A DNA stretch of 64,000 nt. It comes from Candidatus Delongbacteria bacterium. Lineage in GTDB: Bacteria > CAIWAD01. Below, one piece after another: positions 52,847-62,948 of this stretch (position 1 is the stretch's first letter; the number at the start of each line of letters is the position of its first letter). Position numbers and translations under genes: made by a program. Location: contig JBAYTZ010000014.1 of NCBI GenBank assembly GCA_041675285.1, positions 22,891 through 86,890 of the forward strand. Reading direction: 5' to 3'. Under the pieces are notes generated by a model. That model did not search any database, was not told the DNA's origin, and worked only from the letters and a program-made list of their open reading frames with translations.

Positions 52847-55800
52847 TGCCACGCGCAGCCTGCAGCTGCGGCAGCTGGCACGCGCCCCTGCCCCGAGGAG
52901 AGCTCCACCTGGAGGTGGAGGCGCTCCTCCTGCCCCTGGGCAGCCGGGCTATCAGCTCCCACGCACTCACCCAGCGCCAGGCCATCGAGCAGGCCACGGC
53001 CCAGAGCCTGGCTCAGGCCGGGGCCTACTCGGACGAGGTGCTGGCCGGCAGCCTGAAGGCCCTGGACCGCGCGGCCAAGGACGTGAAGGCTCATGTGTTG
53101 GCGCTGGGTGACCTGTCACAGTTCGGTCCCGACGCCCAGCCGGGCAAGGCCGTGCAGCTGACTCGGCTGAAGGCCCTGGACAAGCACCTGGCCCAGACTG
53201 CCGCCCAGCTCAAGAAGGACCTGTCGCTGGTCCATCAGGACCTGACGGCCACGGCGACCAAGGCCGGCATCGAGGGCAAGCTGGCCCAGCTGGGCGCCAT
53301 GAAGGTGGGCGGCTACCAGGCCCTGGATCAGGCGGGCCGGGAGGCCTTGGCTGAGGCGGCCTTCTCCCTCGTTCCCACCGACGCCCTGGACTTCCTCTCG
53401 AACTATCAGCTGCAGCTTCTGGGCAAGCTTTCAGACGACCTGGTGGCCGGCATCAAGGGCGCCGTGCAGGTGGGCATTGCCCAGGGCGAAGGTCCGGCCA
53501 AAATCGCCCGGCGTATTGGCGGCATCGTCAAGGACCCGGACGAGTTCCGCCAGGTGGGAAAGACGGTCTTCAAGACCGTGCAGCAGCGCGCCGAACTCAT
53601 CGCGCGTAGCGAGGTGATGCGCGCCTACAACCAGGGCGCGCTGAAGTTCGAAGCGCAAGTGGGGATCAAGCGCGTGCGCTGGCTGACGGCCGGCGACGAG
53701 CGCACCTGCCCCGACTGCGGACCGCTGGACGGCAAGGAAACCAGCCTGGTAGACCTGCCGAGCCAGCCGCTACACCCCGCTTGCCGTTGCACGCATGTGC
53801 CGGCGGACATCTCCCAACTCATGACCAAGGATGTCTTGGAGTCTCAGTTGGCGGGGATGACTCTGGAGGACGCCGCTGTCAAGGAGGCGCTGAAGGACGG
53901 GGATTACAGCAAGCTCACCCAAGTCCAGCTGCGCGAGGTGGCCAAGGAGAAGGGCGTGTCCATCGCCCGCACCAAGGCCGACCGCATCGCCCTCTTGTCG
54001 AAGGCCGCGGGCCAGAGCGAGGAGTGGCTGGCTGGGCACACGCCCGCCGAGCTGGAGGCTTGGTTCAAGCAGTACAAGGTCGGTGCGCTCAAGAGCAAGG
54101 ACGAGCTGGTGGCGGCCCTGCACAAGGCCGACCACGCCACGGACGCGGCCAAGGCAGCAGCCCTCAAACAAGCCGAGGAAGCGGCCAAGCAGGCCAAGCA
54201 GGCGGCCGAGGACGCCGCTGCGAAACTGGCCAAGACGAACCAGGCCGTGGCGGACTTCCATAGCGAGCTGGGCAAGCTGAAGGCCCTGGAGACGGATCCG
54301 GGCACGTTCGGCGAGTACCACGCCCAGATCGATGTAATGGTCCAGCACCTCTTCAAGACGAAGGAGCTGCTGGGCCCCCAGCAACTGGCCGAGCTGGAAC
54401 AGTACGTGCTTACGTCGCACCACGCCTTCGCCAGCGCGGTGGAGGCCTTGCCCCAGGCCGTCCGGCGGGATATCCTCAAGGCGGCGAAGGTCAAGAACTT
54501 CCAGTGGTTCACGAAGGACGAGTCGGTCGCTTATCTGACGGACGTGACGGCCCAGACCAAGCTGGCTGAGCAGGTCGCGGCCAAGGTGGCGGCCGCCAAG
54601 GACGCGGCAAAGCTCAAGAAGGCTACGCCGCCGTCCAAGCCCACACCACCCGTGCCACAGCCCACGGCCGCGCCCGCCAGCCCCGCGGTCCAGGCCCGCA
54701 CGGCCGATGATGCCTGGCAGGAGCTCAAGGCCCGGAACCCCTTCCGCTTCCACAGCGACGCCAGCGAGCTGGGCGGCGTCCACACGAAGTACTTCTACCT
54801 GGATGAGGCCGGCGACAAATGGCTGTTCAAGCCCATCGCCGAGGACTTCCGCGCCTGGGGCGACGAGGTGGCCTACCTCATCCAGCGCGAGATCGACCCG
54901 GAAGCCATCGAGGTGCGCTGCATCGAGCTGAAGGACCTGCACGGGAAGCGGCGCCTGGGCTCGATCCAAAAGATGAAGAAGGGGCTCAGGGATCCCGCGA
55001 ACTTCGAGAAGATGGATGTGGCGGCCATTGACTCTGCGGAGCTGGTGCAGATCCAGCACGAGCAGGTGGTGGACTGGCTCATCTCCAACCACGATGGCCA
55101 CGCGGGCCAGTTCCTGCGCGCCCAGGACGGCCGGGTTTACGGTATCGACAAGGGGCAGCTCTACAAGTACTTCGGCCGCGACACGCTGTCCGTGGACTAC
55201 GCACCCAACGCCGGCGGGCGTTTCGACGAGCCGCTCTACAACAAGCTCCTGCGCACCCACCGGGATGGGAAGATCAAGCTGGACCTCCAAGCCACGGAGG
55301 AACGCATCCGCCGGGTGGAGGCGATCTCCGACGCGGCCTTCCGCGAGATGCTCATGCCCTATGCCGGCCGCCGCTTCGCCGGCCAGCCCGGCGCGCTGGA
55401 GGATTTCCTACGCGCCGCGGTGGATCGCAAGAACGCCATCCGGGCGGACTTCGAGCGCCTCTACAGCCAGATCGAATCAGCGCGCACAGGCAAGCAGGTG
55501 ACCTTCCGCTTCGGTGCCGCTGTGGCGGAACCGGCTCTTGCGAAGACTGTGGACGACGGGCTGGCCTGGGCGCGGGGCAGCCGCATCGACCTGCCAGAAG
55601 AAGTGAAGACCATCCGGGAATCCGGCTGGCAAGGGCGCTCCCTGGCGGTGGACAGGGGCGACATCGAGGACCAGAACGTGCTGGTGCGGGAGGTGGCGGG
55701 CCTGAGCGGCGAGCGGCAGACCGTGCTGCAGCTGCGGCTGCGGCCCGAGGCGGACAAGCGTGTGGTGAAGGTCTTCAAGGCCAATGTGGTGGGCGAGATT

Positions 55801-57285
55801 CCCAAGGAACTGGTGCACGAGGATGAGTTCTGGGATACGATCCTGGCTGCGGCCAAGACGGTCAACACGCACAAGGGCGATTTGGGTTACAACACGGGCA
55901 AGCTCAGCGCGGCCGAGGAGCTTCGTCCCCGGCTGCAGCGCTTGGCCAAGGGCGGCAACCCGCTGGAGCAGGCGATGGCGCGCCAGTACCTGGACGTGCT
56001 GGACGCGATTGCTCAGGCCGTGGATGCCACGCGGCAGGGCATGTCCACGGGCATGCCTCTGATCAAGCCCTACGCGCCCAGCGCGGCGGACCTGAAGGCG
56101 CTGCGGCAGGGGATGAAGGCCGCGCCCAAGACAAGCGGCCTGCGCGTGTCCACCAGCCCGGTGTGGACCGAGGACCGCCTGGCCACGCGCGGCCACGGCC
56201 TGGCCGTGGAGGCGGAGAACGTGCCCCTGTCGCGTTGGCATTCTGGTATCCACGACAAGCTGGTAGAGTACCACGCAGACCTGGGCGATGGGGTCGAGGT
56301 CGTCTACAAGCCCTGGCAGGGCACGGGCCGAGCGGAGGGCAAGAGCTACGCCCTGCAGGGCCGCATGTCGGTGCGCGTGCGCGAGGGGACCAGCGAGGCC
56401 ACTGTGGCACGGGCGATGGACAAGCTGAAAGTCCTGGGTCTGGACGCCGCGCCTGCCTCGGCCGTGGACGAGGAGCTCATGTACCTGCAGAAGGTGGCCT
56501 ATGTCGCCAAGGTGGACCAGACCCCGGCCTTTCTGGCGGCGGCGGAGGAAGCGCGCAAGGCAGGCTCGGGCGAGGCGGCCGTACGCGTCTGGCGCGAGGC
56601 CTGGAGCCGGCACCTGGGCGTCAAGGACGTGACCAAGCTCCCCGACTACAATCCCGCCGGCATCCACCAGGCCAGCACCACGGGCGCCAAGGCCGGCGCC
56701 GGCATGCGCGTGCAGTACCGCTTTGATATCCCGCGCGAAGAGCTGGCCAGGGAGCTGGAGGGTTACACGCTCATGCACCACCTGACCAAGGGCACGGTGG
56801 AGGACTTTCTGGATGCTGTGCTGCCCACCAACCGTGCCTTCGTGCCCACGGCCGACCGATTCGGCGTGGGCGTGCCGCTGGGCGGCATGAGCCCAACCCA
56901 GGACCTGAACACAGGTGGTGCCAGCTATTTCTTCACGCGGATCATCAAGGGCGCCAGCCCCTATCCCAACAGCATCCGCTTCAAGGTGGACATGCTACGG
57001 CGCGCGGACGCCATCAGCTACAGCAGCGACAAGTACGGCAAGGTGGTGGGCGATTTCGTGCGCGAAAACCGAATCTCGGACATTCCAACCTGGAAGCGAA
57101 TGCCAAACTACGGGGGCAACGAGACGATCTTCAAGGGCGCGGTCCCACTGCTGGAGCACTTGGACGCCATCGTGGTGGACAGTCAGGCCAGGCGGACGCG
57201 AGTGCTGGCCTTGTTCAAGAAGCACGGGATCACGGCGCTGCCCGACGGGCGGGGCATCGATGACGCGGTGAGGGTGAACGGATGA
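52846..57285 (+). CDS. phage head-morphogenesis (Mu F / SPP1 gp7-like) domain fused to a ~1100-aa extension (Ala/Lys coiled coil + divergent kinase-like domain + C-terminal domain)
   Basis: MuF signature ARSEVMRAYNQGALKFEAQVGIKRVRWLTAGDERTCPDCGPLDGKE (aa ~250-300). Coiled coil AAKAAALKQAEEAAKQAKQAAEDAAAKLAK. Segment WLISNHDGHAGQF...YGIDKGQ resembles a kinase catalytic loop plus DFG-like motif. Confidence 0.7.
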   Translation: MPRAACSCGSWHAPLPRGELHLEVEALLLPLGSRAISSHALTQRQAIEQATAQSLAQAGAYSDEVLAGSLKALDRAAKDVKAHVLALGDLSQFGPDAQPGKAVQLTRLKALDKHLAQTAAQLKKDLSLVHQDLTATATKAGIEGKLAQLGAMKVGGYQALDQAGREALAEAAFSLVPTDALDFLSNYQLQLLGKLSDDLVAGIKGAVQVGIAQGEGPAKIARRIGGIVKDPDEFRQVGKTVFKTVQQRAELIARSEVMRAYNQGALKFEAQVGIKRVRWLTAGDERTCPDCGPLDGKETSLVDLPSQPLHPACRCTHVPADISQLMTKDVLESQLAGMTLEDAAVKEALKDGDYSKLTQVQLREVAKEKGVSIARTKADRIALLSKAAGQSEEWLAGHTPAELEAWFKQYKVGALKSKDELVAALHKADHATDAAKAAALKQAEEAAKQAKQAAEDAAAKLAKTNQAVADFHSELGKLKALETDPGTFGEYHAQIDVMVQHLFKTKELLGPQQLAELEQYVLTSHHAFASAVEALPQAVRRDILKAAKVKNFQWFTKDESVAYLTDVTAQTKLAEQVAAKVAAAKDAAKLKKATPPSKPTPPVPQPTAAPASPAVQARTADDAWQELKARNPFRFHSDASELGGVHTKYFYLDEAGDKWLFKPIAEDFRAWGDEVAYLIQREIDPEAIEVRCIELKDLHGKRRLGSIQKMKKGLRDPANFEKMDVAAIDSAELVQIQHEQVVDWLISNHDGHAGQFLRAQDGRVYGIDKGQLYKYFGRDTLSVDYAPNAGGRFDEPLYNKLLRTHRDGKIKLDLQATEERIRRVEAISDAAFREMLMPYAGRRFAGQPGALEDFLRAAVDRKNAIRADFERLYSQIESARTGKQVTFRFGAAVAEPALAKTVDDGLAWARGSRIDLPEEVKTIRESGWQGRSLAVDRGDIEDQNVLVREVAGLSGERQTVLQLRLRPEADKRVVKVFKANVVGEIPKELVHEDEFWDTILAAAKTVNTHKGDLGYNTGKLSAAEELRPRLQRLAKGGNPLEQAMARQYLDVLDAIAQAVDATRQGMSTGMPLIKPYAPSAADLKALRQGMKAAPKTSGLRVSTSPVWTEDRLATRGHGLAVEAENVPLSRWHSGIHDKLVEYHADLGDGVEVVYKPWQGTGRAEGKSYALQGRMSVRVREGTSEATVARAMDKLKVLGLDAAPASAVDEELMYLQKVAYVAKVDQTPAFLAAAEEARKAGSGEAAVRVWREAWSRHLGVKDVTKLPDYNPAGIHQASTTGAKAGAGMRVQYRFDIPREELARELEGYTLMHHLTKGTVEDFLDAVLPTNRAFVPTADRFGVGVPLGGMSPTQDLNTGGASYFFTRIIKGASPYPNSIRFKVDMLRRADAISYSSDKYGKVVGDFVRENRISDIPTWKRMPNYGGNETIFKGAVPLLEHLDAIVVDSQARRTRVLALFKKHGITALPDGRGIDDAVRVNG

Positions 57286-57791
57286 GCGAGGACATGCGCG
57301 AGCAGCAGCGGCGAGTGTTCCAGGTCTATCTGGACCGTCTGCACGAGGACCCGGGCTGCGAGGTGGGCGTCACCTGGGTGGCGGACCGGGACACGCTGGT
57401 GTCCTTCTCAGCCGGCATGCGCGTCCTGTCTGCGACGCCACTATTCAACAGGGCGACAGGCGAGATCGAGCGCTGGCGCCACTGGCTGCTCTTCGCCGAG
57501 ATGGGCATCTTGGACACCTTCGGCGGCGGCCACCCCGTGCACTGCTTCGAATGTGAATTGCTGGAGCAGGATGCCCTGCACGTCAGGCTGCGGGAGGTAG
57601 GCGGCACCTACGAGTTCCTCATCTGCCACAACGACCCGCACGACGACGACGAGCGCCAGGCCGCGGTGTATCACGATTGGGCGCAGGCCGTGAAGGAGCT
57701 AGGCGGCGAGCCAGCGCTGCAGGCGCTGCTTGACCGCCAGGCGGAGCAGTGGACGCAGACGCTGCGGACTACGGGGGAGATGAAGCCATGA
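57282..57791 (+). CDS. hypothetical protein; candidate immunity protein for the toxin-like C-terminus of the MuF fusion
   Basis: ATGA-coupled directly downstream of the MuF-fusion gene. 169 aa, acidic. Confidence 0.4.
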   Translation: MSEDMREQQRRVFQVYLDRLHEDPGCEVGVTWVADRDTLVSFSAGMRVLSATPLFNRATGEIERWRHWLLFAEMGILDTFGGGHPVHCFECELLEQDALHVRLREVGGTYEFLICHNDPHDDDERQAAVYHDWAQAVKELGGEPALQALLDRQAEQWTQTLRTTGEMKP

Positions 57792-58204
57792 GGGTGCACT
57801 GGTTCTACGTCTTCGACCTGGAGGCTGAAGGACGCAAGAAACCCATCGGCGCGTGGATTCTCCAGGACGGTGTGCTCGATTACGTCTTCGACCCCGCCTA
57901 CCCGGACGACGAGGCGATCCCATCAGACCTCATCAATCGCATGCTAGAGGTTGGCGAAAAGGTGCTTGGCCTGGAAGGTTTGAGATACTGGCGAGAGCAC
58001 GTGGGCTATACCCATAGCGCTAGCCAGATCAAGGAAGAAGACGTGACGGATTACACCATGTGGTTCTGGGAAAGGCAGGCCGCTGTGACCGAGGGCTGTA
58101 GTTTGAGACGCGGAGGGGGGCTCGGGGCAGGCGCTGGCCAACTTCCGACGAAGAGCGCAATTGCCCAGACTGAGACCCGTTGGACGGCAATGAGTTCGAC
58201 TTAG
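57788..58204 (+). CDS. hypothetical protein
   Basis: ATGA-coupled. 138 aa. Confidence 0.35.
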   Translation: MRVHWFYVFDLEAEGRKKPIGAWILQDGVLDYVFDPAYPDDEAIPSDLINRMLEVGEKVLGLEGLRYWREHVGYTHSASQIKEEDVTDYTMWFWERQAAVTEGCSLRRGGGLGAGAGQLPTKSAIAQTETRWTAMSST

Positions 58205-58406
58205 CCGACCTGCCTTGTTTGCCTCCGCATCCACGAGCCCGTCGTCCTCAAGGTTACCCTCTTTAGGGACATACTGGAAGATCACCATGCACGCCAGGCA
58301 TTGGAGAACTTGGAGATCCAGAAAGCGCTAGAGCATCGATGACGAGTTGCAGATTCTTCTTCAGTGTAAAGAGTATTAAGTCAGAGTCTGCGCTAAATGG
58401 GTTAAA

Positions 58407-58437
58407 GTGTCAATATGATGTCAATTAGTAGTGTCAA
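58407..58437. repeat. three (G/A)TGTCAA direct repeats spaced ~one helical turn (TTGACA x3 on the minus strand) at the GC-content boundary of the low-GC island
   Basis: GTGTCAAtatgATGTCAAttagtaGTGTCAA seen directly. Confidence 0.4.
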
Positions 58438-58545
58438 CTAATTTAGTATCGGAGTTTAGTTGTCTGATATTATCACGCTTATATTTCAAGAATACACAAA
58501 TCTAGATGACTGTATGTGCAAATACGGCTGAACTTAATATTATGC

Positions 58546-59169
58546 TCACTTCTTGTCAGTGATGGCCGAGATGCCTTTGATCTGAAACCAGCTCTTTGAA
58601 GGTAGAAGCGGGGAATAGAATCTATTACCGCCAACCCTTGTAGCTGTCTGAATCAAGGCATCCATTGCGGCACCTAGTCCATCCTCCTTGTAGGCTGTTG
58701 ATCGGCTTCCATTTGTAAGGCAAGGTATACTAGGATGTTTTATGTCTGAAAGGTATGCATCGAAGGTATCACGTGCCACAGCCATGCCAAAAATGCGCCA
58801 AGCATACTTCCTTCCCAGATAGTGACCATCAGGTGCGCTATATTGAATTCGATCATCTGATTTTTGCGTTTCGAGAGCTCTACATTCCTCCCCGAGCAAG
58901 CGTGCGACGTAGTGACTCTTGTGCGGATCTACTTCGTCTGCCTTTGCAGTAGCCGATACATCAACCCAGTTCAAGCCGTTTTTAACAGTAAATCCTATAT
59001 TGTATCTCTGTCCTTCCATGAGAATTGGTTCATGATTCGCAATGAATTGGTACACCGTGGTTGTGTTTTTCGGAGAAAAGCTGTGTAAAAACTTGCCATT
59101 CGGATAGGGAATAATATTGTAGTTTGTGACAATCAAGACTGGCGTAGTATGTAACTTTCGAGACTTCAT
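58546..59169 (-). CDS. hypothetical protein (low GC) downstream of hamB
   Basis: Start MKSRKL with GAGGAG RBS (rc ATG 59167-59169). The track ORF extends further upstream in frame to 59325. No motif assigned. Confidence 0.45.
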   Translation of the reverse strand: MKSRKLHTTPVLIVTNYNIIPYPNGKFLHSFSPKNTTTVYQFIANHEPILMEGQRYNIGFTVKNGLNWVDVSATAKADEVDPHKSHYVARLLGEECRALETQKSDDRIQYSAPDGHYLGRKYAWRIFGMAVARDTFDAYLSDIKHPSIPCLTNGSRSTAYKEDGLGAAMDALIQTATRVGGNRFYSPLLPSKSWFQIKGISAITDKK

Positions 59170-59360
59170 CGGTCTGGTCTCCTCAAAGTGATTAGTAGGC
59201 TTGAGATCCTTTGGGTTGGCTCGAAGCTCTTGCGGGGCCACTCCCGGACGTGAAAGCCGTCGCCATTTCCTCCCAAAGAGAGTTTTGGAGCGAGTAATCA
59301 ACAATCCTTGACTATACTCAATCATATACCATGCCGAAACATACTTGGCGGGGTTTTTAG

Positions 59361-61664
59361 CTATTCAGGCAAATACCACTCGATTATTTCTCGTACATGA
59401 TCCGGAGCTTCACTTATGGCGTTTCGGAAGACGATATTCTCCACTGTGATCGAATCCACATATTCTGCTATCTCTTCAATGCGGTCTGGTGCGAATCCAT
59501 ATCGCATGAGCAGGATATGTTTGGCGTTGTTTGTTCCATATTTGAGAAGTTCAATCATACGATCTGCGCGATCATCAATAGTCCGCTCACTGTAGATCTT
59601 GAAGGCCGCTACGAAGGTATCTGAGAGACAGAAGGAAATAACTTGATCGAGATAGTCATAAGTGTCAAACAACACCGCATCATAGCTAACTACATTGGCC
59701 GGCGTGCCCTCAACGAATAGAGGGAATCGTCGCACTAGTGTCTTGTTTGGCAGTTGGCTAGCTGCTTGAGAGAACTCCGCCTGCCCTTGTCTTCCGAGAT
59801 TTCTTCTTGAAATGTGACTGTACCGAATTCCAACTATTTCTTTGAATGCTCGTCCTTGTATGGTGTGCAAAAATATCTGAATGGCTTGGCTAAACACCGC
59901 AACTTCGCCTTCGACGAGACACCGCCCTAGGGCGGCTTCGTAGATTTTTCTATAACAATCGCAAACATTGTGTCTGATTTCGGCCTTGTCCTCCCCCCCA
60001 ATGCTTGCTCTTATACCACGGGCATCTGCAAAAACGCTGTCGAGAATTTGACTGGCACTTTCTAGGACGATTGCGGTTGATAGTCGCTCAACTCGCGACA
60101 TCGGCAAGTTCTTATCCTCATCAAAGGTGTTTTCGCGAATAGAATTCAAGTATTCACCAGTGTCACTGTCTTCTGAGTAGTCGCCAGTCTCAATTATTGA
60201 TGCCTCATCTAGTCTCAAGGGGAAGTTCATCCGGTCAATGAAGAGCTTTGGATTTGTAGTGTACACATAACCGAAATCAAACTCGCTGCCACTCGTGAGT
60301 CTGCCAGCCCGACCAATTAGATTCTTGAAGGCCAGTGCTCGCTCCTTCTCTCTACCTGGCAGCCATGGATTCTTGAGCCATACTACGTCAAATGGCATGT
60401 TCACACCTTGGGCAAGAGTGCTTGTTGCGAAGCACATGACCGCATGGCCTCCACGAATGAAATCCTCTATGAGAAAACGAACCTCGAGTGGAACAGATCC
60501 ATGGTGAATGACGACTCCCTTTCTCAGTAGGGTTATCATGTCTGAACGATGCTCATTCTCGTTTGCACCGATGATGTCGACTATCCTACTTACAATTCTA
60601 AGAGCATCTGGCTCCTCAATTGGAGGCAGATCTGTAATGTGATCAGAGAAGTCTGTTAGATAGCTTCCATCATAGATTGATGCTTTAGATACGTAGACCA
60701 ATATGGAATGCTGCGGGGAAAGACAGAATGTCGGGAAGTCACATTCGAACTGCACGCAGTTTTTCAGATGATGCCCGTTGGTCAAGTAAGGTGAGAAGCA
60801 GTAATCTCGGCCGTTCGAGTGTCTGAAGACGCAAATCCTACCGACAGATCCGTGATCATATGAATGAGCGTATCCCCTTTCGAAATCGATTTCATGTTTG
60901 CTGAATTGAGCCTCAGGGTTGATGACAAAGGGGTGGGCAAAAACCAACTTTGCACGCGGGAAGTGCTTGATGATCCTTCGAACCGTGACATCAAACAGTA
61001 CACCCCGCGTATCATCTTCCGAGATTTGTGCTTCATCGAGAAAGAAGGTACCCACCGACTGCAACTCGCGAGATAGTCTGAACAGATCTTTCGTGCGTTC
61101 AGGGGTTAGGACGAAAATTCTGCGGGGTGCCCGAACTGTGAAAATTTGTTCAACAAAAGGACAAATCATCACATTTTTGTCGCTGCGAAAGCGATCTCTG
61201 AAAGCCCCCATGTACTCGGCGATCAGCGCTCGTGATGGCACAATGACAACGGCATCTTGCAGGTCCCGAGCTATATACTCGCGGACTGCGTAGGACTTCC
61301 CAGAACTTGTTGGCGCAGAGATTGATACATACTGCATCGAATCGATGGACCGGCTGACACTTGCCTGAATAGGTGTTAGACGCTTGCCATATTCTTGTTC
61401 ATGGGTTCTTCCGAAACCAGACATAAGAAATGAATAGAGATTGTTGTCTTCTTGTACTTTGTGAAATAGTCCTAACGCCGCCAGAATTTGACCCTCGACT
61501 CTTGTGAAGGCAAGGGAGTGGTACCGTTTATAGTAGGCGAGCGCTTCAAGGTCAGTTAGTGAGGTTGGTCCTTCACGATGCAGTCTGTCCAACAAGACCG
61601 CCAACTCCGTCGTTACATTCACGCTTGCGAGTATAGATCTAAGCGCCATGGCTGACACCGACAA
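59361..61664 (-). CDS. hamB: Hachiman HamB-like SF2 (DExH-type) helicase
   Basis: ISAPTSSGKSYAV (motif I), FFLDEAQI (motif II), ATSTLAQGVNMP (V), NLIGRAGRL (VI). 767 aa. Overlaps and follows a DUF1837-like PD-(D/E)xK gene. Low GC (~42%). Confidence 0.7.
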   Translation of the reverse strand: MSVSAMALRSILASVNVTTELAVLLDRLHREGPTSLTDLEALAYYKRYHSLAFTRVEGQILAALGLFHKVQEDNNLYSFLMSGFGRTHEQEYGKRLTPIQASVSRSIDSMQYVSISAPTSSGKSYAVREYIARDLQDAVVIVPSRALIAEYMGAFRDRFRSDKNVMICPFVEQIFTVRAPRRIFVLTPERTKDLFRLSRELQSVGTFFLDEAQISEDDTRGVLFDVTVRRIIKHFPRAKLVFAHPFVINPEAQFSKHEIDFERGYAHSYDHGSVGRICVFRHSNGRDYCFSPYLTNGHHLKNCVQFECDFPTFCLSPQHSILVYVSKASIYDGSYLTDFSDHITDLPPIEEPDALRIVSRIVDIIGANENEHRSDMITLLRKGVVIHHGSVPLEVRFLIEDFIRGGHAVMCFATSTLAQGVNMPFDVVWLKNPWLPGREKERALAFKNLIGRAGRLTSGSEFDFGYVYTTNPKLFIDRMNFPLRLDEASIIETGDYSEDSDTGEYLNSIRENTFDEDKNLPMSRVERLSTAIVLESASQILDSVFADARGIRASIGGEDKAEIRHNVCDCYRKIYEAALGRCLVEGEVAVFSQAIQIFLHTIQGRAFKEIVGIRYSHISRRNLGRQGQAEFSQAASQLPNKTLVRRFPLFVEGTPANVVSYDAVLFDTYDYLDQVISFCLSDTFVAAFKIYSERTIDDRADRMIELLKYGTNNAKHILLMRYGFAPDRIEEIAEYVDSITVENIVFRNAISEAPDHVREIIEWYLPE

Positions 61665-62376
61665 CTATGATCGCATGAGAGTTGTTGACCCGGGCAACCT
61701 GACGTGCTTGCTCAACTGCATGTCGAAGTACATTGAGAGGTCGATGCGCGTCCAGCGAGAATGCAATAACGACCCCCCATGTGTCCCTATCAAGTTCATC
61801 CATTCCTTCTGGGGCAAGGAGTTGAAGATGAGGAGTGTCTCGAAGATGCTTCTCTTCTTCAATGAAGCGATCGATCTGTTCGATTGCGTCACTGTATGGA
61901 TTGCTGTTTGAGGAGTACTTAGCTTCTCCGAAGTGGATGACGTGAGCTGGGCATATGGTGTGAAAGTCAAACCCTTCGTTCCCGCTGATCTGTGCCTTCC
62001 AAAGCTCCGCAATTGGGAGTGCCGTGTGGGAGAACACGAGTTCAATGGCCTTCGATGCGCCCATTGAAACCATCAACTCGCCGAACGCGCTGTTCACTTT
62101 ATTCGTGTCTGCTGTCTGGCGAAACAGGTCAGCGAGGCGCGTTGCGGTTTCAGCCACTGTGTGCCGATATGCACGCTGCGATCTCGGATCCAAGTCCATG
62201 ATCCAGGATGTGTCAAGGATGTCTCTAGTTAAGTACGTCGCCATTCTCTCGACGTCCGACACTTTGACATGGCAGATGAGAATGTGGGGCTGCCCGTGGT
62301 CTCCTTCGACAGCGGCCATCTCACAACCCATTTCCACTACAGGATTTATCGCCAGATACTGGTATCCGTCAGTCAC
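61639..62376 (-). CDS. hamA: Hachiman HamA-like protein (DUF1837-like PD-(D/E)xK nuclease fold)
   Basis: 245 aa. GFDFHTICPAHVIHFGEAKY fits D...ExK. 26-nt overlap with the helicase gene in the classic hamA-then-hamB order. Confidence 0.6.
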   Translation of the reverse strand: MTDGYQYLAINPVVEMGCEMAAVEGDHGQPHILICHVKVSDVERMATYLTRDILDTSWIMDLDPRSQRAYRHTVAETATRLADLFRQTADTNKVNSAFGELMVSMGASKAIELVFSHTALPIAELWKAQISGNEGFDFHTICPAHVIHFGEAKYSSNSNPYSDAIEQIDRFIEEEKHLRDTPHLQLLAPEGMDELDRDTWGVVIAFSLDAHRPLNVLRHAVEQARQVARVNNSHAIIVVGVSHGA

Positions 62377-62948
62377 GATCTCACCCGTTACGATTCTGGG
62401 TTAATCCTCTACCGAGCCACATTCAGTTTCACTCAATTCTGCGCCGCTTGATAATCATTGTCGGCCCATCGTGAGCTTCAACTGCGTTGTGCTTGCCATT
62501 GTGCCTAAACTCAAATGGCCATTGAATGCAAGTTCCGTGACAGACGTAGAGTCGGCTGCATACTGGCTTCGCTTCGGGTCCGATCTGTGTACAAAGTGTG
62601 CTTCACCCGCTCATGCGAACCCAACCGCCTTATTGCTCCAGTCCTCGACAGCAGCCTCAAGTATACACTTCGATTGTACATCTTCGAAATCTGAGTAGCT
62701 GGGCATCGTATCTCAGTTCCATTGCCTGTCGCTATGCGATGTCCATTGCCTTTTCATTGGAAAGATATTCAGAGGATAGCAAGTCGAAGGCTTGATTACC
62801 ACTCAGAAATACTAAAGAATGCAGAATTGCTTTTTCAAGCACCATCGGCCTATGCACTATCACCAACAAGTCTTGACATGCCCTCTCGGACAGGAGATCG
62901 TATCCGCGAATCCATGAACTCGCGGGGACGAGCATGCCTTTTCTAACC

